From positions 42,718,001 to 42,782,000 of the forward strand of contig OX597828.1 of assembly GCA_951406725.2 (NCBI GenBank): DNA of 64,000 bases, written 5' to 3'. Source of the stretch: Octopus vulgaris (lineage: Eukaryota). Shown piece by piece: positions 53,588 to 64,000 of this stretch. Each line of letters starts with the position of its first letter. The first letter of the stretch is position 1. Position numbers and translations under genes: made by a program. A model generated the notes under the pieces. That model ran no database searches. It was not told the origin of the DNA and saw nothing but the letters and a program-made list of their open reading frames with translations.

Positions 53588-53990
53588 AGGCACAGGAGTG
53601 GCTGTGTGGTAAGTAGCTTGCTAACCAACCACATGGTTCCGGGTTCAGTATCACTGCGTGGCATCTTGGGCAAATGTCTTCTGCTATAGCCCCGGGCCGA
53701 CCAATGCCTTGTGAGTGGATTTGGTAGACGGAAACTGAAAGAAGCCTGTCGTATATATGTATATGTGTGTATCTGTGTGTGTTTGTATATGTGTGTTTGT
53801 CCCCCTAGCATTGCTTGACAACCGATGCTGGTGTGTTTACGTCCCCGTCACATAGCGGTTCGGCAAAAGAGACCGATAGAATAAGTACTGGGCTTACAAA
53901 GAATAAGTCCCGGGGTCGATTTGCTCGACTAAAGACTGTGCTCCAGCATGGCCGAAGTCAAATGACTGAAACAAGTAAAGAGTAAAGAGT
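53588..53990 (+). mobile_element. SINE family B, full length
   Basis: Collinear with the consensus. Confidence 0.92.
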
Positions 53991-54634
53991 ATACGCTTAT
54001 ATACAATCATGAATTTTGATGAACCTATAAACAATTATGAATTTATTTTACTACCTATTTTGAACACTTTTATATAAACTGCTTAAACACAAATCCCCTT
54101 TTAACATTTTCTTTTCCTGGTCAATGATTCTATTTCTTAACATTTTCTTATCATTGTCATAGACTCTATCACTGTATTTTAATACATCTATGATAACCAT
54201 CTTTTAACCCCACAAAGGCTACACAAAGCCTAATATTTTGCTTTTGAACATTTTTTTTATTTTTAAGTGAAAACGGTAAAGTCAATAAACATATATAAAA
54301 GACCTCTGCATTTTCAAATCCTCCTCGCCTATATATTTTCACTCGTGAGATACCTTGCAAGTTTACTTTGTTTTATATATATATATAATTACCATGAAGC
54401 ATTGTGTAGAATATATTGTATAAAGGACCGTGGGTAAGGCCAAAACAATGCGAAGTAAATGCAAGGTAAATCACAAGAAAACAAATATGTGAATTAATGT
54501 AGACTTAACTTGTATTCAATATTTCAGGGTTTTGACTCCATTTTCAAGAAATTGATGATTGTTGCCGATGTGTGTGTGTGTGTGTGTGTGCGTGTGTGCG
54601 TGAGCGTGTGTGGAGTGGACATGCGCGGAAAGGC

Positions 54635-54648
54635 GTTGCTATAGCAAC
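54635..54648. promoter_or_regulatory. Palindromic RFX X-box
   Basis: GTTGCTATAGCAAC, a perfect 14-bp palindrome, preceded by CATGCGCGGAA. Confidence 0.4.
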
Positions 54649-54872
54649 CAGCTAGCTTCCTGTAACTCTCTTCTATTGTTGATCGTAGGTTTCTTTTGGA
54701 GTATGTCGATGGCCTCAGTGATATTAAGTTTGCCCCTGTTCCGCTGTATATCGGGACATTACTGTATATATATTTATATAGTTACAGGACAGATTTAAAT
54801 GGAGAAAAAAAAATAAAGAAAACTAAGGGGAAAGGGTCCGACAGCTATTTCTGAGGGATACGGTATTTATAT

Positions 54873-55186
54873 GTTAGTTATTTAATTTTTGGCTCAAAAG
54901 CAAAAAGCAAGGCCATGTAAGGGGACATGGAGTTAAGTACAGGGTGGTGTTCATGTAAAGAGTTCAGGCCACTTGAGGTCAAGGGAGACTTTGAACAAAG
55001 TGGTCGTCGGCATCTTCACCATCTCGTCTGGCAGCTTGTTCCATGGATCCGCAACCCGAACGGAGAAAGCTCTTCTCCTTCGATTGAGATGAAATCGTCG
55101 CAGGTAGAGCTTTTCGGAATGACCCCGCAGCCGACGCTCTGGAGCAGGAGTGAAGAACAGCTCTTTCGAGAGGTTACACTTTCCGC
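54873..55186 (-). mobile_element. CR1-clade LINE 3' end (second copy)
   Basis: Nearly identical to 4216-4530 in reverse complement. Confidence 0.92.
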
Positions 55187-55724
55187 AGTGTTTTATATGC
55201 ACATTTACACACACACACACGCACACACACACACACAAACTCCCATGCTCATATGTTGATATATACATCTACGAGGCTTATGCTTATGTTATATATGGAA
55301 GTGTATGATTTGTTTTGGGACAAATAGTATGCAAATCTGTCAGTAACAAGAACTGGGATATCACCTATATTTAACTATGCCAATGTCAAGAGCAAGGCTT
55401 GCAAATGTCATACATGCACACAACACATACATAATGCCCCTCTCTCTCCCTCTATACACACACATACAAGCATATATATATATATATATATATATAATAT
55501 GTATAGACACACACACACATATACATATATATATTTATATTTATGTATATATGTATGTGTGTGTGTCTGTGTGTAGGTGTATGTGTGTGTACGTGTGCAT
55601 ATATGGATACAGTCATTTAAGAATCCAGACGCCATATATACCCATATATTTATATATATATATATATACATGTATGTATGTATGTATGTATGTATGTATG
55701 TATGCATGTTTGTATATATGTATG

Positions 55725-55762
<38 letters not shown>

Positions 55763-55865
55763 TAGGTATATATTTGATTATATGAATACATACACATATA
55801 CATACATAAAAATACCACTAAATACACGTATCTGTATTTATGTAAGTTTAAGTGTGTATTAGTGC

Positions 55866-55944
<79 letters not shown>

Positions 55945-55985
55945 CATATATATATACATATATATATTTATATATACATAAATAC

Positions 55986-56025
<40 letters not shown>

Positions 56026-56274
56026 ATATATATAATTATACATACATGCATACATTATACATAAGCATGCGTGCGCATCTTTTTTGTGCAGTCCCTCTCC
56101 CCTCACTCATTCTTTATTTGTCAGACGCTATTTGAAATATGACAATGCATATTCATATTTCAAGAATGAAAATAGCAAAAAGAAAAGAATAATATAAAAT
56201 TTCCAAGGACAAATTTCGCCATATTTTCAAATGCGTGGGATGTTAAAAAGAATCACACACACACACACACGCAT

Positions 56275-56321
<47 letters not shown>

Positions 56322-56614
56322 CATGTACACATACACACACACACTCACTCACACAAACACACACACTCACACACACACACTCACTCACTCACACACACAC
56401 ACAAACACACTCACTCACACACACACGTACGCACGCACACACACATACACACACACTCACTCTCTCACTCACACACACACACACGCATGTACACACACAC
56501 GCACGCACACACACACACGAAACTCCCACTCTCTTATTCTCTCATGCAAATACGTACTCGCATTCATACACATCTATACTCATCGGTACGCTAATGTATA
56601 TATCATATATATAT

Positions 56615-56711
<97 letters not shown>

Positions 56712-57030
56712 GCGCAGGCGTCACTGTGTGGTAAGTAGCTTCCTTACCAAACACATGGTTCCGGGTTCAGTCCCACTGTGTTGCACCGTGGGCTAGTGTC
56801 TTCTACTATAGCCTCGGGCCAACCAAAGTGAGTGGATTAGGTAGACGGAAACTGAAAGAAGCCCGTCGTATTTGTATAAAGATACATATATTTATGTGTA
56901 TATATGTTTGTGTGTCTGTGTTTGTCTCCCCACTCCCGCATCACTTGACAAAATGATAAATCCTGGGGTCGATTTGTTCGACAAAAAGCGGTGCTCCAGC
57001 ATGACCCCATTCACATGACAAACAAATAAA
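56712..57030 (+). mobile_element. SINE family B, internally deleted
   Basis: Head and partial tail. Confidence 0.82.
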
Positions 57031-57134
57031 AAAAAATGTATGCACTCGAACTTGTATACGTATTTATGTGCACATACACACACGCACGCACACATACATA
57101 TAATATGGCCACGTTTGCACGTGGCTGTATGTAT

Positions 57135-57798
57135 ACTCTTTACTCTTTTACTCTTTTACTTGTTTCAGTTATGTGACTGTGGCCATGCTGCAGCACCGCC
57201 TTTAGTCGAACACATATCGTCCCCCATGACGTATTCTTTGTAAGCCTAGTACTTATTCTATCGGTCTCTTTTGCCGATCCGCTATGTTACGGGGACGTAA
57301 ACACAGCAGCATCGGTTGTCAAGCGATGTTGGGGGGGGGGGGGCACAAACACACACACACACACACACACACAACACACATACATATACATATATACGAC
57401 GGGCTTCTTCTAGTTTCCGTCTACCAAATCCACTCACAGTGCTTTGGTCGGCCCGAGGCTATAGTAGAAGACACTTGCCCAAGGTGCCACGCAGTGGGAC
57501 TGAACCCGGAACCATGTGGTTCGTAAGCAAGCTACTTCTTCCTATTTCTTTACTACCCACAAGGGGCTAGACACAGAGGAGACAAACAAGGACAGACAAA
57601 CGGATTTAGTCGATTATATCGACCCCAGTGCGTAACTGGTACTTATTTAATCGACCTCGAAAGGATGAAAGGCAAAGCCGACCTCGGCGGAATTTGAACT
57701 CAGAACGTAGCGGCAGGCGAAATACCGCTAAGCATTTCGTCCGGCGTGCTAACGATTCTGCCAGTTTGCCGCCTTACCACACAGCCACTCCTACGCCT
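57135..57798 (-). mobile_element. SINE family B with SINE A (57541-57774) nested in its head
   Basis: The B head is split at GCAAGCTACT|TACCACACAGCC. Confidence 0.9.
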
Positions 57799-58366
57799 AG
57801 GTATGTTCATTGATACCCACAAACGTTTTCATAAAGCAAAAAATTTACACAGTTTTCGTTATATCTTTAAATATATAAGTAGTCTCACAAGAATTTTGCT
57901 AAGACGAATTGAAAAACCATAGCTACACCCCCCCGTCACACATCATCATCCTTATTAGACATAAATCCTCATCAGCAACATGAATGAATATTTATCAGTC
58001 TTTCACAAGACACAGCCATTAACCTTACGTGACATTCTCGTCAGTTTCCTTTCAGACGGTTTCAAAGTTTAGTTGTTTTTCATCAAGACAGTTTAGACCT
58101 TGCAGTAATGTTGCGAAAGCCGCTTATTATAATCTTGGATAATGTTATCAAATGGTTGCTGCTATCAAAATCAGTTGGTCCTTAACCCGATCTGCTGTAC
58201 TCTCTTCCATTTTACGTTTAATGAGATCAAATTCCGCCGAGATCGACTTTGCCTTTCATCCTTCCGAGGTCTGTAAAATAGGTACCAGTTGAGAAATGGG
58301 GTCGATGTAATTGACTTACCGCATCCCTCAAAATTGTGCCTATAGAAGAAAGGATTATCATCATCA

Positions 58367-58437
<71 letters not shown>

Positions 58438-58445
58438 ATTATTAA

Positions 58446-58499
<54 letters not shown>

Positions 58500-58509
58500 C
58501 ATTCTTCTT

Positions 58510-58575
<66 letters not shown>

Positions 58576-58588
58576 GTTATTATTATTC

Positions 58589-58784
58589 TATGTTTGAATT
58601 TTGCTTTATATTTGTACAAGTTGGCTCCAAGTCTCACCCAGAGACCTCAAGAGACAACAGGTTGGAAGTTCATGTTGTTGTTATGCATAGTGTGCCATAT
58701 ATTTGGTTTTGTATTTAGTGTTGTACTAGTGAATGTCAAAAAAAATGACTATTAGTATTATTATTATTATTATTATTACTATTA

Positions 58785-58832
<48 letters not shown>

Positions 58833-58970
58833 TATGTTTGACTTTTGCTTTATGTCTGTACAAGTTGGCTCCAAGTCTCACCCAGAGACCTCAAGAGACA
58901 ACAGGTTGGAAGTTCTGTGCCATATATTTGGGGTTTTTTTTTTTGGTGTTCTACTAGTGAATGTCTAATA
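58589..58970 (-). mobile_element. Two tandem Dong/R4-like 3' UTR fragments, each with a (TAA)n tail
   Basis: 58589-58750 and 58833-58970, homologous to 29003-29160. Confidence 0.6.
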
Positions 58971-59028
58971 CATAAAAAATAAAAAATAAATAAATAAATA
59001 AAAAAAAAAATTATTATTATTATCATTA

Positions 59029-59101
<73 letters not shown>

Positions 59102-59412
59102 CGTCGTCGTCGTCGTGGTGATTGGGGGTTAGCCATTGTCCCACGGCAATTTTATCTTCGCGACCAGCGAGAGTCGGATGTACTCGCATCTTTTGTTTGT
59201 TCTGCGCAGGCTCCATACGTTACGTCAGTGAATATTAACGAAAAGAAGAGCAAATTACATTTAATTACTCCTGATCTCTTGTATTTCTTTTATAACAAAC
59301 GGTGATTACATTAAAAAAAAACAAACTAATTATTCTTTCTCCCGATTTCGTAGATATATACGTATATACATACATATATACATACATATATACATACATA
59401 CATACATACATG

Positions 59413-59465
<53 letters not shown>

Positions 59466-59495
59466 GCATATACGTATACACATGTACATGTATGT

Positions 59496-59559
<64 letters not shown>

Positions 59560-59666
59560 GCATGTATGTATTTATCCACATATATATTGACATTTCTTTT
59601 ATGTCATTTAATCTCCAGCTTCATTTCGAAAAATTATCCTCCTCCTCCTCCTCCTCCTCCTCCTCC

Positions 59667-59725
<59 letters not shown>

Positions 59726-59748
59726 GTTATTTTCATTATTGTTGTTGT

Positions 59749-59790
<42 letters not shown>

Positions 59791-59830
59791 TATTATTATT
59801 ATTATTATTATTAATATCAATATCATTATA

Positions 59831-59896
<66 letters not shown>

Positions 59897-60014
59897 ATTA
59901 TTATTATTGATGATGATGTCCTCGTTGTTGTTGTTGCTGCTGATATTATCCTGTGGTCGTTGGCTGCGAACTTTTTTTTTACAGATCTTTGCATATAATG
60001 TTTTTCTTCCAGGT

Positions 60015-60145
60015 TTAAAACCATGGAAACAGATTTAATTCTTTCAACATGCAAGCGCACTGCGATTTGACAGTCTGTACAGTGAAACGAAGAGATTCTT
60101 CCCATAATGGCTCTTTTTTTGTAACGTAACCAAACACACGACTAA
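60015..60145 (-). pseudogene. Possible piggyBac-like cysteine-rich C-terminal remnant
   Basis: SSFHCTDCQIAV.L, then frameshifted CFHGF; weak resemblance only. Confidence 0.2.
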
Positions 60146-60288
60146 CTTATTCTTATTATTTGAGAAACACTGATTTAACCTAAATTTGAGACACCAGCAA
60201 AAGAAGAAATAAAGATAGACTATTTTTTCTATTCCAAAGGAATACGATTTTATTCACACAAGTATGCAACCGAAGAGTTTAAAGTACC

Positions 60289-60523
60289 TATTTCTTTACT
60301 ACCTACAAGGGGCTAAACACAGAGAGGACAAACAAGGACAGACAAACGGATTCAGTCGATTACATCGACCCCAGTGCGTAACTGGTACTTAATTTATCGA
60401 CCCCGAAAGGATGAAAGGCAAAGTCGACCTCGGCGGAATTTGAACTCAGAACGTAACGGCAGACGAAATACCGCTAAGCATTTCGCCCGACGTGCTAACG
60501 ATTCTGCCAGCTCGCCGCCTTTT
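60289..60523 (-). mobile_element. SINE family A monomer, full length
   Basis: 15-bp TSD AGAGTTTAAAGTACC (60274-60288, 60524-60538). Confidence 0.95.
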
Positions 60524-61047
60524 AGAGTTTAAAGTACCAGTAATGATAAAGCTGTTGACTGGGAGAATACAAACATGGTTGAAATAGTAAGCTTGGCAGG
60601 AAAGAAACGTGCCTTTAAGAAGTACAAAAGCAACAAAAAATGGAAGGTGCAGTTATGTACAGGTTGACGGAAGAAAAGCAGGACAAAAACGGCTTTATCG
60701 CTTGCATTCTCACCTAGAATCGATTTTTGTAATTTTTTCAAGATTATACACGCCCTGATACCGTCGGTATCTACATATCAAATATGAGCGCAATCGGATG
60801 GAGGATGCCCGAGATCCTAGAAGACACGCACACAGACATATATATATGTCTGTGTATATATATAAATATATATAATCAGTGTTTCTCAAAGGGGAGACCT
60901 ATGGGACGGTCGGACAAGTTGTTTTGAGAAAATTTGGTTTAAATGTTTGACAACTCAGCCCCATCCATTGGGCGGGGGGCGTTTTGTTCGTATATATATA
61001 TATATACATACATACAGGAAACCAAAAGTGTACCTACGCCGCTATAT

Positions 61048-61299
61048 GTATATATAACAAAAACAAAGCAAAAAATGGAACAAGAACGTAACAGGCAACG
61101 ACAAAATATACGGACCGGCCAGATCGGAGTAGTCTCGAGTGTAACCGGCCGAAACTGCAACGACAATCAGGATCTCGACTGAAGATATAAGGCTCCGAAT
61201 GACCCGTCCATGTTTTTTCCTGTCCTTTTTTATCCTCTAACTGTCCAGATGTTTTGTTTTCGTCTGTTGCGTTCTTGTTCCAGGTTTTGTTTTATATAC
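61048..61299 (+). mobile_element. Short foldback element (PLE-terminal-repeat-like) carrying a permuted hammerhead motif
   Basis: Imperfect inverted arms at 61048-61115 and 61243-61299; interior homologous to the minus strand of 8721-8805. Confidence 0.65.
61124..61198 (+). ncRNA. Candidate hammerhead ribozyme with non-canonical strand order
   Basis: GUC at 61132-61134; stem I UCGAG/CUCGA; CUGAAGA at 61179-61185; C-GAAA at 61150-61154; stem III GUAGU/ACUGC. Stem II is weak. Confidence 0.45.
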
Positions 61300-61322
61300 A
61301 CACACATATATATATATATATA

Positions 61323-61434
61323 TTAGCCTGTTCGCTTAGCCAGCGGGGTGGCGTCATTCGAAGGCTAAAACAATGCGAACGCATTGTGACCAGCGATGTC
61401 TAGCAATATTTGATGGTCTGGTCGGTCACGTTAT

Positions 61435-61442
<8 letters not shown>
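61323..61442 (+). mobile_element. About 120-bp retroposon 3' tail inserted in (TA)n
   Basis: Homologous to 27453-27573. Confidence 0.7.
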
Positions 61443-61531
<89 letters not shown>

Positions 61532-61718
61532 TGGAGAGAAAGAGAGAGTTAGAGGGAGAGAGAAAGATGGATAAATAGATAGATAGGTAGGTAGACTGAG
61601 AGGGAGACAGGGAGACAGAGAGACAGACATATGGACAAACATATAGGTAGACAGACAGACAGACATAGATTAATTGATAGATAAATAGATAGCTAGATAA
61701 AAAGATAGATATATATAT

Positions 61719-61770
<52 letters not shown>

Positions 61771-62451
61771 ACAGATAAGTTTCTTTATTGGCCACACAGG
61801 GCTGCACACAGATGAGACAAGTTACAAGGTAGAGCTTTTCTTTTGGGAGATGAAAAAAACAAAAAACAAAAGAAACAAAAAAAGAAAGGTGGCGTAGGTT
61901 TTCGATCAAAAGGGATCGTAAAAGGGAAAAAAGAACAAAAAAAGAGAAAGATATATATATATATAGATAGATAGATAGATAGATGGGGATCCCTATTTAG
62001 CTTTCTTCAACCGTGAAGTGTTTCTGAAAAAAGGTAAAGGCATATTTGGTCAGAGGTCACCGAGAGAAGTCGAAACAGACACAGCGTGATATTTTATTTT
62101 ATATCCTAACGATTTAAAATAATACGAATCCGCCTACCTAGAGACAAACCCGATATATTCTTCGGCCGCTATTATTAATGTGAAAACATCTCTCCCATAC
62201 TTAGAGTTTCTCAAAAAGGCATCGACCGTCGTCACACGGTATAAGCAAAGTCTTATAGAGGGTTATCTTGTTTCTGGTTCAAAGTTTATTCCCTCTGTAA
62301 CCTATAGCGATTCGTAAACAGTTAAATCTAATTATTCTCACATTGTCCCCCGACAGAAAGTAATTACATCGTTCTCTTGTTTTGGTTATGAAGAAAATGG
62401 CTTTGTGTTTTTGAAATGTTATTTGAAGACACCATACATGCATAAATACAC

Positions 62452-62531
<80 letters not shown>

Positions 62532-62558
62532 GTTTATCTGCCTAACGATACACACACA

Positions 62559-62615
<57 letters not shown>

Positions 62616-62684
62616 TATTTCGTTGTATTGTGTATTCGTTTCTTTCTGTATCTGTTATTTATTATTATCGATCTTATAAATGTC

Positions 62685-62845
62685 TTATTTCGCCCGTCGC
62701 TACGTTTTGCGTTCAAATTCTGCTGAGGTCGACTTTACCTTTCATCCTTTCGGGAACGATAAAACGAGTACGTGTTATGCACAGGGGTCGATGTAATCGA
62801 CTCATCCCCTCTCCCAAAACTGCTTCCCTTGTGCCACAATTTGAA
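62685..62845 (+). mobile_element. SINE family A fragment
   Basis: B-box and central domain. Confidence 0.7.
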
Positions 62846-63167
62846 ACCATTGTTATTGATCTTATATAACATTGAAGCTGTATCATTTAAAATGCTGTTT
62901 TCTATACACGAACCGAATAGTTCTTGCGGAACAGTCGTTATATTAACGAGATATATTTTGTTATCACCCGAGGAGACACATCTACACCGTCGGATAACTA
63001 GTTGTCAAGTATCCCACCCGTGAGGGATCGATGCTAGATGGGTCGAAATAATTGTATTGATTAATAAACTTTCTCGTATCTTCCATCTTCCGTCGCTTTA
63101 TTCACATATATATACATATATATATATACATACATATATATATATACATATATATATACATGTATAT

Positions 63168-63297
<130 letters not shown>

Positions 63298-63453
63298 TAG
63301 GGGGGGGGGCAAACACAGACACACACATATATAGACGAATATATGCATACATACAGACACACATATACTATATAAAATCCGTTCTGTCTGTCTGTGTGTG
63401 TGTCTTCTAGGATCTCGGGCATCCTCCATCCGATTGTGTAAGTATAATTGTTG

Positions 63454-63485
<32 letters not shown>

Positions 63486-63587
63486 GGTGGTGGTGGTGGT
63501 GGTGTTGTTTCTGTTATAGTCACCATCATTCATGCTATTAATAACAATCGCAGTAACAGTAGCAATAATGATGTTGATGATGAAAGC

Positions 63588-63642
<55 letters not shown>

Positions 63643-63654
63643 TTGATGATGAAA

Positions 63655-63731
<77 letters not shown>

Positions 63732-63909
63732 GTTTAGGATAATGATGATGGTGACGACGCATGTGTCGTTGATGGCGGTGATGATGATGATGATGGTGTT
63801 AGTGGTGAAGGTGTTATGGACGACAACGACGATAGATTTGGAGAAAGGTGGCGGCGACGACGATGGCAGTGGTTCATTGGACGGCGATGTGAATGGAAAC
63901 GGTTGCATA

Positions 63910-63975
63910 GAGCCGAGCCGAGCCGAGCCGAGCCGAGCTGAGCTGAGCAAAGCCGAACTAAACTGAGCAGAGCCG
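63910..63975. repeat. (GAGCC/GAGCT)n pentanucleotide repeat
   Basis: Direct reading. Confidence 0.9.
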
Positions 63976-64000
63976 ACGATGTCGGCGATGACGTCGATGA

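Noticed and set aside
54169-54360. Possible coding exons next to the X-box
   Set aside because: Weak splice signals, and the spliced frame stops within a few codons.
63910-63975. Immunoglobulin switch-like GAGCT repeats
   Set aside because: A short simple repeat in an invertebrate-type context.

Overview
Eukaryotic, AT-rich, microsatellite-saturated intergenic or intronic DNA. The SINE, LINE and Penelope repertoire and the simple-repeat load suggest an octopus (coleoid cephalopod) genome; this is an inference. No intact host gene, rRNA, tRNA or CRISPR array is supported, and nearly all listed ORFs are microsatellite artefacts. The window is a mosaic of four tRNA-derived SINE families (labelled A-D here, about 45 copies, several with exact target-site duplications). 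It also holds relics of CR1, Tx1/L1, HERO-, R4/Dong- and possibly R2-like LINEs, mariner/maT/pogo DNA transposons, Penelope-like elements (PLEs) with a GIY-YIG domain and minimal hammerhead motifs, and two complex tandem arrays. The most unusual signal is at 61124-61198. All three hammerhead core segments (GUC site, GAAA strand, CUGAAGA strand) occur with pairing stems I and III, but in a strand order that is not any of the circular permutations (types I-III). A second diverged copy at 8731-8805 shows compensatory base changes. Also notable: a SINE subfamily that targets GGTA and stacks into its own head, a GC-rich R2-like 3' end outside rDNA, an inside-out Tigger-like foldback, an ORF1-only Tx1-like element, two RFX X-boxes and a pre-miRNA-like hairpin. 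All structures were paired by eye; no searches or folding programs were run.
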